This document shows, one piece after another, positions 12,484 through 26,690 of a stretch of 41,433 nt of DNA (its first letter is position 1; each line of letters begins with the position of its first letter). The translations under genes were made by a program, and so were the position numbers. The notes under the pieces were generated by a model. It had not been told where the DNA came from. It saw only the letters and a list, made by a program, of their open reading frames with translations, and made no database searches. The stretch comes from Octopus sinensis (taxonomy: Eukaryota), in the NCBI RefSeq assembly GCF_006345805.1, contig NW_021835256.1, forward strand, positions 1 to 41,433, given 5' to 3'.

Positions 12484-12900
12484 AAGGCGGCGAGCTGGCA
12501 GAAACGTTAGCGCGCCGGGAGAAGTGCTTAGCGGTATTTCGTCTGTCGTTATGTTCTGAGTTCAAATTCCGCCGAGGTCGACTTTACATTTCATCCTTTC
12601 GGGGTCGATAAATAAAGTACCAGTTTCGCCCTGGGGTCGATGTAATCGACTTACTCCCTTTGTCTGTCCTTGTTTGTCCCCTCTGTGTTTAGCCCCTTGT
12701 GGGTAATAAAGAAATAGGTATTTCGTCTGTCGTTATGTTCTGAGTTCAAATTCCGTCGAGGTCGACTTTACCTTTCATCCTTTCGGGGTCGATAAATAAA
12801 GTACTAGTTTCGCACTGGGGTCGATGTAATCGACTTACTCCCTTTGTCTGTCCTTGTTTGCCCCCTCTATGTTTGGCTCATTTTGGGCAGTAAAGAAATA
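12484..12900 (+). mobile_element. Family C SINE head-to-tail dimer inside one 13-bp TSD
   Basis: Unit 1 ends AAATAGGTA at 12720 and unit 2 restarts at GGTATTTCGTCTG. TATATTTGACTTC at 12471-12483 and 12901-12913. Confidence 0.9.
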
Positions 12901-13044
12901 TATATTTGACTTCGCATTGAACATTTTGCTTTCTGGCATTACAATATGGTTTATTGTTTCACAAATGATATTAAGAAATAATCTAATTTTTTTAAAAACT
13001 GTTTCTTATGTGACTATAAATATCAGGAACATCATTCCTTTATT

Positions 13045-13282
13045 CTTTTACTCTTTTACTTGTTTCAGTCATTTGACAGTGGTGATGCTGGAGCACCGCC
13101 TTTAGCCGAGCAAATCGATCCCAGGACTTATTCTTTGTAAGCCCAGTACTTATTCTATCGGTCTCTTGGTGCCGAACCGCTAAGATCCGGGGACTTAAAC
13201 ACACCAGCATCGGTTGTCAAGCGATGCTGGGGGTACAAACACAAGCACACAAACATACACACACATGCATGCATATATATAT

Positions 13283-13333
<51 letters not shown>

Positions 13334-13508
13334 TATATACATATATACGACGGGCTTCTTTCAGCTTTCGTCTACCAAATCCACTCACAAGGCTTTGGTC
13401 ACCCAGAGCCTATAGTAGAAGACACTTGCCAAAAGTGCCACGCAATGGGAATGAACCCGGAACCATGTTGTTGGTAGGCAAGCTACTTACCACACAGCCA
13501 CTCCTGCC
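13045..13508 (-). mobile_element. Full composite SINE: head E + (TA/TG)n + module D
   Basis: Both modules and the internal microsatellite are colinear with 19676-20100. Confidence 0.9.
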
Positions 13509-14342
13509 ATTCTCTCTGAAAAAAAACTTTCTATCAAAATCAGCAGCAGAAAACATGTTCAAATGTGCTGCTAGGAGGAATCAGCATCAATTCCAGAGTG
13601 TATGAAGATTAAACTGAACATGACGAAACCTAGCATCTAAATATCTGGAAGGCAGTAGAATTGCTTAAACGAGAATTTTGAAGAAATGAACTGGATTAAC
13701 TAGAAAGTTGAAACTTTTCCCTAATTCGAAACACAATCACTTTTTTTTTGTATTATGCGATATACGCAGGCAAAAGGAACAAATATTTTATGCATGAATT
13801 AATTTACCTTTTGTGTGTGTGTGTGTGTGTATGGTCAGAAATGTATGCAGAACAAATTACAAAACGAACAACGAAATTGGCGGAATCAAAATTGAAGCGA
13901 CTCTGATGATGTCAATGAAACACAATAAGGTACCAGTGTAATAACAAATGCTGAAAGGTAGGTTTATTATCTTGTTAGCATTACAACCAGAGCAATTTTA
14001 CTTTGCCATACTGTCAATGAAATCTAACAATGTCACAGATTTGATGCAATAATATTCATCTATAATTTCTTCGATGTGTAAACCAATGATAGTTTGTAAC
14101 TTCATAAACCAATACTTTCTGTGACTCGAAAATGCCACATAAGTGACAATTGACCAGGTTATCCACTCGTAAACATGCTCAAATTAGAATATATGAGAAT
14201 CTTTAGATACAACGCATGAAGTTAAGTGCAATATTGTCGATAGTTCTGTTAGCATATTTGAAAAGAACCGTAATGTAATACCTCAATCTATGCCAATAAC
14301 AAGCAATAAAAAAAAATGCAATTGATAATGATGTTTTACTCC

Positions 14343-14368
14343 AAATAATAATAATAATAATAATGATG

Positions 14369-14432
<64 letters not shown>

Positions 14433-14630
14433 TAATAACAATAATAATAATAACAATAATAACAATGATAATAATGATAATAATAATAATAATATTAATA
14501 ATAATAATAATAATAATAATAGTAATAATAATAATAGTAATAATAATAATAACAACAATAATAATAATAACAATAATAATAATAACAATAATAATAATAT
14601 AATAACAATAATAATAACAATAATAATAAC

Positions 14631-14683
<53 letters not shown>

Positions 14684-14700
14684 TAATAACAACAACAGTA
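14343..14700. repeat. (AAT)n/(AAC)n trinucleotide array
   Basis: Direct reading; source of the poly-I and poly-L ORFs. Confidence 0.97.
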
Positions 14701-15377
14701 ACATTAAGAACAACGTCTACTACAGAAACGTACGAATAATCGATATTAAATAATTAAATACACATTTCCTTTGTAACAAAGTCTTTATTGATAATTTCTC
14801 TCTTGTGTTCCACGCAGCTGTATTAACATCTTCTTCAGAAAAATGTAAATAGGGGTACTAAATATTGATTTGTAAGATAGTTACACGACCAAATAAGATG
14901 AGGTTGTGTATAATCGATTATATGCAGTAGTTCAGACGTGGAATAAATTGGTTTGCAGTGAGAAAGTGGAATAAACTATTGTTTCAAGAATTCTTTGAAC
15001 ATAACATCTTTCTGCAATTAGAAAACATTAACCTATGAAATGGCAGTGATAGGGTTTAAGTCTAAATTCTTCTGAAAGTGGTCTCCCGAAACTGCGCAAT
15101 CAAGATACTATCCGACTGATTAAAGATTTTATTTTTCTCCTTCAGTACCCGTTGGTGATATTCAAAATTATGTTACACGTATTTTCAAAAAAAAAAAAAA
15201 AACTCATTAATTTATAACCAAACGCCAGTGGACAATATAAACAAAATATTTACTTGTAACTAAACAAACGGTGGAAATTAGAATCACAATAATTTCTGTT
15301 TTCTTAAAAGACATAACAGGTCAGAAATTACCATTTTCAACCTGGTTAATCTTGATGGCATTAGAAAAAAATTCCAC

Positions 15378-15535
15378 GTACGAGCTCCCTTCCTTAGATT
15401 CCGCCGAGATCGACTTTGCCTTTCATCTTTTCGGAGCCAAAAATAAGCAGCAGTTGAGTACTAAAGTCGATGAAATTGACTAACACCCACCCACGAAATT
15501 GATGGCCTCGTGCTGAAATTTGAAACCAATATTTT
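15378..15535 (+). mobile_element. Diverged C-type SINE core with alternative tail W
   Basis: ATTCCGCCGAGATCGACTTTGCCTTTCATC is the C core; it ends AAATTGATGGCCTCGTGCTGAAATTTGAAACC, like 30480-30510. Confidence 0.65.
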
Positions 15536-16936
15536 GTCGGTGCTTTGGTAGTTCTCAAAGTCTTTCAGCATGTTTTTTCGGCATGAGAATTCAATTTATT
15601 CCACTTAAAAATTGTTTATACAAGATTAATTTTTCAGGAGAGATCAAACGTAAAGAAGCTATATTTAATTAAGAACAAAATCTAATGAACACGGATGATT
15701 CCCAAAGCGTCCATCTCTAAAAGAAATCATTGCATTACCATATTCTTTAATTTCCAACACAAACTAACCTGTATATCCTTGGATGCTGTCACTTTATATA
15801 ACTGCCCATACAAACCTCTCCTCTTATCTTCGGATATATTATATTCATCAGGTGTTAACAAGAGCTACCCTTTTGTTTCGCTATGTTAGCATATTCCTTG
15901 ATGGCGAAAAACGTCTGCATCCGCTATCTTCACAGATCGCCAATGTAAATCACACCTAAAGAATCTGACGACTACACTTTACTGTATTGTCAATTAGATC
16001 CACCTCCTATCCTGTTTGTTGCTATATAAATCAATTTGAAATAAGACAGAAACATGTGAAGGCTACGGTCTGATTTTCAGAAAAATGAATTTCGCATTTC
16101 TGTTGAACGTGTGGAAGTGCGTTGTATAAGTATTATATCATAACTCTATTGAGGTCATTTTAAATTACAGTTGCGTTACTTCACGTAAGGATTTTTTTAG
16201 ATATATCGGTAAAAATTTGTACGAAAATCCAATTTAATATGAGAAAATATTTCTCAAAAGATACATTAGTAAAAGCTAATCACACACACATACACACAAG
16301 CAAACACATATAAATATATATGTGTGTGTGCGTGTCTATGTGTGTGTATGTGTGTGCATGTTTTTGTGTGTGTCTGTATATTTGCTTTGTCATACTCTTG
16401 ACGGGATATCAAATGTTGAAATAGCTGTTATTGTATTTCGGAGATCGTTATGTGTCAGAGCTCTTTCGTTATACATTCTGTGACCTCTTTAACGACTTTC
16501 TATTTCCTTTTGCCCTGCCTGTTCCATTGTGTCAGAATGAGAAGAACAATGAAACATGTGAACACAAACTCATACACAAGCAAGCAAGATACACACATAT
16601 ACAAAACACATAGACACATAGACACACACAAATATAGACGTTAAAGCAGGCGTAGATAGGGATGCATTACGCATATTACATAAGAAAAAATAGTACAGAC
16701 AAGAAAAAAACACGAGGGTTCGAAAACCATTGAAAAGATCGGAGAATGTGTGGCGAAAGACTTGATTCCATTTAGTAAAAATATAAGAACTTAATGCAAA
16801 GAAAATGTGGAACTTAGAGACAATGCATTAGAAGTGTGAACATTTTATCTAGCAGGTAAACTCAAGTCTCTAGATTGAATCTCTGGAGTTAATTATATAA
16901 AATAACGATCGAGATATGTCATGAGTAAAAAATAGC

Positions 16937-17166
16937 TACTCTTTTACTTATCTCAGTCATTTGACTGCGGCCATGCTGGAGCAACGCCTGTAGTCGAGCA
17001 AATCGACACCAGGGCTTATTATTTGTAAGCCTAGTACTTATTATATCGGTTTCTTTTGCCGAGCCGCTAGGTTATGGGGAGGTAAACACACGAGCATCGG
17101 TTGTCAAGCGATGTTGGGGGGACGAACACACACACACATACGCACACACACGCACACACACATACG

Positions 17167-17220
<54 letters not shown>

Positions 17221-17405
17221 CATATATATATGACGGTCTTCTTTCAGTTTCCGTCTACCAAATCTACTCAAAAGGCTTTGGTCGGCACGAGGCTATAGTA
17301 GAAGACACTTGCCCAAGGTGTCACGCAGTGGGACTCAACCCGGAACCATGTGATTGCTAAGCAAGCTACTTACCACACAGACACTTACCACACAGACACT
17401 CCTAC
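16937..17405 (-). mobile_element. Full composite SINE (E + microsatellite + D)
   Basis: Colinear with 13045-13508; short CTTACCACACAGACA duplication in the head. Confidence 0.9.
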
Positions 17406-18737
17406 AACAATGTATTCTGAAAAACAAGTTACAACAGTTATATCACATAAAAACTGCATTCGTAGTGGTTTTAGATATATGGAATGCCCTTTTTTCTCAT
17501 GCTTTATCTTCGTTTACCAACCAATCAGTGTTAACTTTATGTAATTATGGACAACAGAAAATTAAATAATAGTTTACTACCATTAACAAATATTTAACTA
17601 TGTATGAACCAACATTTCGATACGATAGTTATATCTCTGTTGAGAGAATGTTATAAAACGACATAGATCAGTGAAGCACGTTTTTAACCTCTTGATCCTA
17701 CTGGAGGTACTTTGCTGTCCTCATGTTTTGTATATAGCATGCTTTTATAGCCGATGCAAGTATACCAGTAGCGGTTCTTTAGTGCTAAACACAATACTGT
17801 GTACTCTGTCGGAAATCACCATTACCTATATCATTCAGCCATGAGGAGATAAATATATTGATAGAAACGCCATTGCAGTGTAACTACATCTGAAGAAGCT
17901 TCGGCTCATCAGTAGAAATCTTCAGTGATCGATAGTGTAGCAGTAGATATAAATGATTTATTAAAGTGACATTGCAAATTAATACAGATATAGAAATGTA
18001 CCAAATGGTATGACTGCCGGCGACCTTACACGGTGGTAAATATTAATTTATTGATGCCAAATATGAAAGAAATGATTAACACTGCCATTTATTCATTATC
18101 TTAAGATTTTCATTATAAAGACAAGAAACATTAGCACACGGAGTTCATATCGGAGCAAGATCTATATATCCTTTCACCTTTGTTTTATAATCTTTAGAAA
18201 ATGTCAATTAGTATTATAAAGAAGACAGTGTCTTTGATTAGATGTAATCTTTATTTGAACTGATTCTAGTATCTATTCTATAATATATCAATACACTTAA
18301 TTTACAATTGAAATTCTCCGTTGAAAAGATCGATATTATGCATATTTTATGTTCAGGCACAGAATATTTTTAAATACTTACTGAAATATTCTTTTCTCTT
18401 TTTTCATTTTTATTTTCGTTTCAGATAAGACTTTAGAGCTGAGAAAAAACCCGGAATCTAAAAAAAAAAAGAAAAAAAAAGAAAAAACAAGATGTCCGGT
18501 TTTCAACGTAATACAGAGTTAGGAATGTTTCAATATTAAGCTTAACAAGAGAGCAGTATTTGTGAGTTGGGTCGTGGTCGAACACTCGATTTCTGTTCCG
18601 AGCTGTTAGAGAAAGATTTACACACACACACACACACACACACTCGCACGCCATACAACACATTATGTATGTTGTATGTATATATGTATGTAATGTTATT
18701 ATATACATACATACATACATATATATATATTAGATTA

Positions 18738-18769
<32 letters not shown>

Positions 18770-19158
18770 GTATGTACGTGTGTGTGCGTGTGTGTGTGTG
18801 TGTATTCAAGTATTGGAGAAATATACTGACGTAAAAGTCGCTGTCAAAATAGTACCAATCATCTTTAAATGCTTGTCTCTGGAACCTACTCTGGCGTCCG
18901 GGAGAATGTCAAACTTATTGTGCAAGCATTTCTCAACTTAATCCATTGAGGTACAAATGCCTCGCTTTCGCTTTATGTCTAGATCATTGCTTTTTTTTTT
19001 CGAAAATGTTCTATGGCAATGAATGTGTGGCGTGAACATGCAAATATGAAAGTAATTCTGAAAAATCAGGCTGAATGTGAGACGCCAATAATCTGACAAA
19101 ATGACGTAATCATCCTCTGTGTGTGTACGTGTGTACGTGTGTGTGTGTGTGTGTGTGT

Positions 19159-19844
19159 AAATTTTGCCATTGAAATCCAAAAAGTTGTTTTCGGGGATAA
19201 ACATTAACCCTACAGTGATAAAACATTTTTTCAATTATATCAGAAATTTCATGGGGGAATTTCTCAAAACAGAAATTTATTGCCATTAACCTATATTGGT
19301 GTGGGATTGTGGTATAGAGATTCACCACGTCAAAAGATACAATAATGGTATCATTGTTTATGGATTTTAGGAGGTGGTTTAACAGGTCAAGATCTTCCCT
19401 TACAAAGCTTGTTATTTTAAATAGGTTTCATGAATATATATAAAAAAGTTGCTGAGGTTGTGTGTTTCACAGTTCGGGCCTGCCACAGTTAATCTAAATT
19501 GAAGGTCGGTGGGATATTGTATGTTTATACAACTTATAGTTGTTTTTTTTTTTACATTCTTAATAGATTAATTTTTATGGATTTTTGGGAGTCCGTAAAG
19601 ATATCTAGTCTTGCAATCAAAATGGGTTAGGTAGTCCCATCCTTTGTTTTTAAAACCTTTTTTGATGTTTGTGAATAGGCGCAGGAGTGGCTGTGTGGTA
19701 AGTAGCTTGCTAACCAACCACATGGTTCTGGGTTCAGTCCCACTGCGTGGCATCTTGGGCAAGTGTCTTCTGCTATAGCCCCTGGCCGACCAATGCCTTG
19801 TGAGTGGATTTGGTAGACGGAAACTGAAAGAAGTCTGTCGTATT

Positions 19845-19875
<31 letters not shown>

Positions 19876-20485
19876 GTTTGTGTGTGTGTGTGTGTGTTTG
19901 TGTGTCTGTGCTTGTCCCCCTAGCATTGCTTGACAACCGATGCTGGTGTGTTTACGTCCCCATCACTTAGCGGTTCCGCAAAAGAGACCGATAGAATAAG
20001 TACTGGGCTTACAAAGAATAAGTCTCGGGGTCGATTTGCTCAACTAAAGGCGGTGCTTCAGCATGGCCGCAGTCAAATGACTGAAACAAGTAAAGAGAGT
20101 AAGTTTGTTCGGTTTAGTCATCGTCATTGATTTTTGGTAGTAGGCCATATCTTCTAATATAAATAGTATACCTCTTTTGTAGTGTTCAGTATCCATAATA
20201 ACTATAGCATGTCCCTTATCTGCTTCCTTAATTATTATATCAGTATTGTTTTCCAATTCATGTATTGTATCCCATTCCTTTCGATTGAAATCGGGCTCTA
20301 TTTTAGCGCGCGGAAGGTCTTTGTAAGAGAAGGCAGATACAAAAATCACAAAATATATCTATAGTTCTATTCATACTTTTTGTTGGCGCTTCTTCGCTCT
20401 CGTTTCTTACAATTGATTCGTTCCCCTTTTCTTTATCGTTGATTTACTCTGATAGGCGTAGTTTTCTACAGAACTGTGAGATATC
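19159..20485 (-). pseudogene. Penelope-like retroelement reverse transcriptase, decayed fragment
   Basis: PLE motifs in the correct order on the - strand across frameshifts: DISQFCRKLRL (20485-20450), DIIIKEADKGHAIVIMD (about 20240-20195), YGLPKIHK (19597-19574), FRLTVAGPNCETHNLSN, DLDLLNHL, IVSFDVVNLYTTIPH (about 19345-19300), ENNFLDFNGKIY. Interrupted by a SINE; no YxDD or GIY-YIG recognised. Confidence 0.85.
19676..20100 (+). mobile_element. Full composite SINE (E + microsatellite + D) nested in the PLE
   Basis: Splits the PLE reading frame between ...TKPNK and FTNIKK.... Confidence 0.9.
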
Positions 20486-20659
20486 GTTCTGATATCCTAT
20501 TAATTGATAAAAGAGTATATTACACATTGGCTTACATTACTTTTCTTTACTCCATAATTATTTCTTCACAGACTATACGTTAATAGTAAATTCACTTTCC
20601 AGCCGTCTGACCACATAATTATTGCAAAGTAACTTTTTTACAGCTCTCCGCCTTGTATA

Positions 20660-20709
<50 letters not shown>

Positions 20710-20900
20710 CAAGATTTTGCTGTCGTGACACCCCTCGTCATTATCTCTCCAGGTGACTCATTAATTTTTCTGCATTATATTTATTAACATTTACTTCCCT
20801 GCAGCCGCTACCATTTGATTATACAGTTATTTCGTTGCATTGTGCTGTTGATCCGATAAGGGGCATTATATATCACACAAATGTTACATTGCATGACAGT

Positions 20901-21285
20901 GGAGTCGCAATGGCCCAGTGGTTAGGGCAGCGGACTCGCGGTCATAGGATCGCGGTTTCGATTCCCAGACCGGGCGTTGTGAGTGTTTATTGAGCGAAAA
21001 CACCTAAAAGTTCCACGAGGCTCCGGCAGGGATGGTGGTGATCCCTGCTGTACTCTTTCACCACAACTTTCTCTCACTCTTACTTCCTGTTTCTGTTGTA
21101 CCTGTATTTCAAAGGGCCGGCCTTGTCACTCTCTGTGTCACGCTGAATATCCCCGAGAACTACGTTAAGGGTACACGTGTCTGTGGAGTGCTCAGCCACT
21201 TACACGTTAATTTCACGAGCAGGCTGTTCCGTTGATTCGGATCAACTGGAACCCTCGTCGTCGTAACCGACGGAGTGCTTCCACA
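20901..21285 (+). mobile_element. tRNA-derived SINE, head A + tail Y
   Basis: 20901-21090 matches the head at 582-770; 21100-21280 matches the tail of the 6361-6682 element. Confidence 0.9.
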
Positions 21286-21290
21286 TTGTA

Positions 21291-22915
21291 TAACAAATGG
21301 TGCTGAATCTCTAAATGTTGGAATTGTAAATATTTCATGTGGCATTTTCCAGGGTGACTCAACAGATGGCCATCATTGCTCGTCATGAAATTTATATATT
21401 TTGGAAACAGCGGAAATGCGATGTGTTACATTAATACTGATTGAGTTAGGGCTGACATATTTGAGATATTCACGGTCAGCCTGTATGAATATTTAGACAA
21501 CCTATGCACCTTAATCAAGGGTTTTCTAAAGCAGATGACTAAATGTGGGTTAAATGCTCAATGTATAAAATCAAGTTGAATTAACAGTGTCTCGAACACG
21601 TAGGACACCCGTCGTCTCAAATGTATGACACTGATACTTTTTTATTGTTGCTGTGGTGTAATCTTGTCTGTGAAGACTACACCACTTCGTACCCTGGTTT
21701 AAGGGACATGTTATTTACTTGATTGAATAACTTGGTCCTCAGACGCAAAATCAATAAAAGGTTTCCTCATAAAATACTCATGGCTTAAACATATGAACTC
21801 AAAATACGAAATAATAAGGATTTATGAAATACGCGTACAAAATACCGGAAGGAAATGTAAAAAAAATAGAAATGATAATGGCGTTATTTTGATTGCTATG
21901 TCAGATCTAAATGCAAATTTTATATAACGTAATATGCAGTAATATATACATTGTTAAAATATTCTTTGCTGGGCGAAACGGAATAAGCACGATTAGATAG
22001 TGAAACAAAAACTGTGGAATGCATTTGGAATCCAGGAGGCGAAATTCTACAGAGTGGATTATATATATATGACTAAAAAGAGAAAAATATTACTATACGT
22101 ACATCTAGAAAAAATATTATAAAATATCCATTTTAGGACAACGCAAAAATCTACTGAAGAATAATGGGAAGTTATTACTCGTAGCTGCGAAATATGCAGA
22201 AATCTATATTCTATCTTCAAAGAAGCTACGAAATATAAAACAGAGTGTAATATAACAGACAGTTGAGGGGGAAGAAAGGAGGAATAACAATTTTAATTGT
22301 GAAAAACGAACAAAACATCTAAGCAGGCCATAGAGCTACATAATACCATGCGAAAATGATGGCAATAAAAGTCCTTACTTGGACAATACCTATAAAGTCT
22401 GATCAAATGGAAATAGATAAAGAAAAACTATCAGTACTAAATGGGAGGGGCAGGAACCAAAGCTGAGAATGAAGAATATTTATTGCGGCACATTATTAAA
22501 AACCTTTGCATTAGAATCTACAAAGAGCTTGTGATAGAAGGGAATGAAATAAATAATTGCATTGTATGTGTGTGCTGAGAGAATACAATTTATCGCTGCG
22601 TTTGGATACCAAGTCTAAACCAAGGGAAGAATATAATTTCGGGCTTGGTCATACTAAGGCTTTCATACACAGATAATGATGTCAGTATTTATAAAGAAAA
22701 TACGCAAAAACCGAAGGTGGTGTAAACATTCACTTGGAAAGAAGTTAGAGAAACACTAAGCAGTCATATTCTGGGTTAGGGTAATCTCTACACAGGGGAA
22801 GATCGAGGAGAGTTGAACGGATCAGATATTGTTGCCTAATTCAAGCGGAAAAAGCTTCCATTTCCAACGTACACCTTCGACAAACTTAGTAAATATAAAC
22901 ATTCGACATAGTGTC
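21291..22915 (+). pseudogene. Old, heavily decayed R4/Dong-clade non-LTR retrotransposon (RT to RLE)
   Basis: Colinear motif remnants across frames: NISCGIFQGDS (GIFQGDS at 21341-21361), RLDSETK (21990), YYKISILG..GKLL (22115), LYSIFKEA (22204), WQ*KSLLGQY (22360), EIDKEK (22410), KAENE/FIAA, CxxC (22558), IH..CQY, W.KH, NGSDIV (22816; NRPDIV-like), DKLSKYK (22879). Confidence 0.65.
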
Positions 22916-22947
22916 CTTTCAACGCATTCGTTCGTTGCTCAAAAAAA

Positions 22948-24120
<1,173 letters not shown>

Positions 24121-24778
24121 GGGGGGGGGAGGAGGAGAAGGATAACTAGTGAATAGAAACATAGCGTGCTTTGTAATTAAAAGTAAACAAATAGAGAATG
24201 ACTTATTTTCAGAACTTTGCTTTTTCATTTATTTCGCCATTTGTAGTGTTTTTCTTCACTTTATTTTCCATTCATTTACGCTCTTTTGGTGGCATTTTTT
24301 TGTTACTCTTGTTATTTCAATGAAATAGAGTGAGCAATATCCAAATGTTTTTTAGAAGTAAAAAAAAAAAAAAAAATTAAATAAAAACGAACGACAAAGA
24401 AAAATAAACGACGAAGCATATTTATTTAATGTTGTCATTTGGTGATGTCGAACAGAAGTTAGGGGACTTCATTTTTAATATTTGAAATATTCTTGTTTCT
24501 AATTTGGTGTTCTAAAATTCGAAAAAATATAGAAAAAAAATGCAAACAAAAAAAAAAATGGTAATAATTGTTGTTTGTTTATAAGAAATACGCCCGGGAT
24601 AGAAAACTTTCGAATTTGGGACAATACATTGAATTCAAGGTATTTCAGAATAAAAATAATTCCAGTTTCTCCTTAACAGGCTGTTTTTCAGTTGAATACG
24701 AAATTAAACAGTTCTATAGCTACTAATTACATTTCAATAGCAATCATCTCAACTCTCATAGAAAGATGCACCAGTATT

Positions 24779-24865
24779 CCAAATATGGCACAAATTCACC
24801 GGAAACGCACTTCCTTCTGTCTGTAAGTGTGACGGCCGGAAGTTAATTACGCGTGGAAATTTGAA
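24779..24865. promoter_or_regulatory. Candidate cis-regulatory cluster (CArG box + ETS cores)
   Basis: CCAAATATGG 24779-24788, CCGGAAAC 24799, CACTTCC 24808, CCGGAAGT 24836-24843, TTTGAA 24860; lies in non-repeat DNA. Motif match only. Confidence 0.2.
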
Positions 24866-25371
24866 AGAAGAAAATATCTGTCCTGTTAAAGTGTTCGCTA
24901 TTCATTATGCTGGGCATTGTGATGTATGCTTTTCGCTAATTCATAATCTACTTAACAACGGGAATGTACGAGTTCGTGTTTCTTCTTCATATACAACACA
25001 AGTGCAACAATGGCAGTAGAAACGGCTTTTATGTCTGTATCAATGTGACTGCATAGCAATAGGCCAGACTATTATCCCTTGGGCTGACCTGCGGGCAAGG
25101 AAATTCGGCCTCACTACATTGTCTATACCAGAGATCATCAAATAATGCTTCATTTCGTAGACAGTTTTAGCGATATTTGGCAGCTATTTCTAGGAAACGA
25201 ATTCATATAAGAGAAACTATGTAAATATGTCGAAAAGCAAGATCATTAAAACCCACATACTGTGGTAATTAAGTTACTTTATATTTTTTCCTCGCTCTTC
25301 TGAGTGGAATGCATAGTCGAATACGCACTGGAAGCCTCACGCCGTTCAGTGTCGCTTAGAAATATTATTCG

Positions 25372-25690
25372 GAAACCCCCTTCGGTCACGACACAGACCA
25401 TGGGATTGCACCTAGAAAGTTACCCTCCTAGACACAAGTCCGGGCGAGGTTGTTTATGGAAGACCAGCAGTCGCTCATGCATACCAGCCTCCCCTCTCCA
25501 CGCCACCAGTGTTATCCAAGGGAAAGACAAAGGTCGATACAGCTTGGCACCAGTGACGTCGCAACTCATTTCTACAGCTGAGTGAACTGGAGCAACGTGA
25601 AATAAAGTGTCTTGCTCAAGAACACAACACGCAGCCCTGTCCGGGATTCGAGCTCACAATCTCACGATCGTAAGCTCCATGCTCTAACCA
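25372..25690 (-). mobile_element. tRNA-derived SINE, head B + tail Z
   Basis: Minus strand has GAGCTCGAATCCC (B-box-like) and the CORE-like GTGTTCTTGAGCAAGACACTTT; tail shared with 4005-4380 and 11745-11860. Confidence 0.9.
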
Positions 25691-26426
25691 CATGAAAAAC
25701 AATTGATACATTTCTAAGGTCTTCCCCGTTGAAGGTTTACGAAGGCAAGTTATTAGACGACTCTGCCACAAAGATAACTTTACAGGTAGCTATAAAACCG
25801 CAGGTGTAAACACATAGCCCATTTGCTTCTCGATGCCATTTCCCCCGTCCTCTGTGATATATAATACGTGTCGTATCAAAACTGTTGACATACAATAGGA
25901 AGGCTAAAATACCGTACCTATTCTTTTAAGCTATGCGATAGGGGAACTTATATAAACCATCATGTTTAAACCCTTGTAGATTATAGAATTCTTCTTAGGC
26001 AAAATTCATGAGATATAGTTTCTACCGATTTTAATACAGTGATACTTCGCAGTACGAGTTCAATACCTTCCATGAATTTTCTCCATTGAAATTAATTAAA
26101 ACATTATTAACCCGTTCTAGCTTCCAAAATCCACCGTTAAGTTATTTTTTATGGCTTTTAAAACAGAAAAGGTGCAGCTAGAAGGAAAATGACAATGATA
26201 AAAGCATAATAAAAATAGGGAATACAAAAGAGATATGTAAACTAGTTTTATTAGTTTAACTACCTTAAAAGACGGGACGAATTGTGCGCGAGGGGGAAGG
26301 TTATTGTTTGGATGGAGAATCTCCTTCCATTAAAACTTCAGGAAGAGCAACTTTTGGCATTCTTTCTCTCACTTTGCTTAATTTAGGTTTTTTGAATAAA
26401 CTTTCTTCACTTGCGGGTTGTTGCAT

Positions 26427-26659
26427 TACTCTCTTTTACTCTTTTACTTGTTTCAGTCATTTGACTGCGGCCATGCTGGAACAACGCCTTCAGTCGATCA
26501 AATCGACCCCGGGACTTATTCGTTGTAAGCCCAGTACTTATTCTATCGGTCTCTTTTGCCGAACCGCTAAGTGACGGGGACGTAAACACACTAGCATCGG
26601 TTGTCAAGTAATGCCGGAGGGACAAACACAGACACAAACACACACACTCACACACACAT

Positions 26660-26690
<31 letters not shown>

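Noticed and set aside
13600-13700. HLNIWKAVELLKRE resembling a MULE transposase C-terminal motif
   Set aside because: A single short motif flanked by stops, with no further colinear support.
13903-13935. CTGATGA...GAAAC...GTA on the + strand; also the CTGAAGA/TCTTCAG hairpin at about 17890-17925
   Set aside because: No helix I and no stable stem II in the first; the second lacks hammerhead topology.
15769-15864. 96-bp open minus-strand segment bounded by AG and GTTAGT (…DEYNISEDKRRGLYGQLYKV…), faintly kinase-like
   Set aside because: The acceptor has no polypyrimidine tract and the similarity is too weak; RNA-seq would be needed to revive it.
18815-18941. KVAVKIV peptide resembling kinase subdomain II
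   Set aside because: No Gly-rich loop or helix-C Glu pattern, no good acceptor site, and no other kinase exons on this strand.
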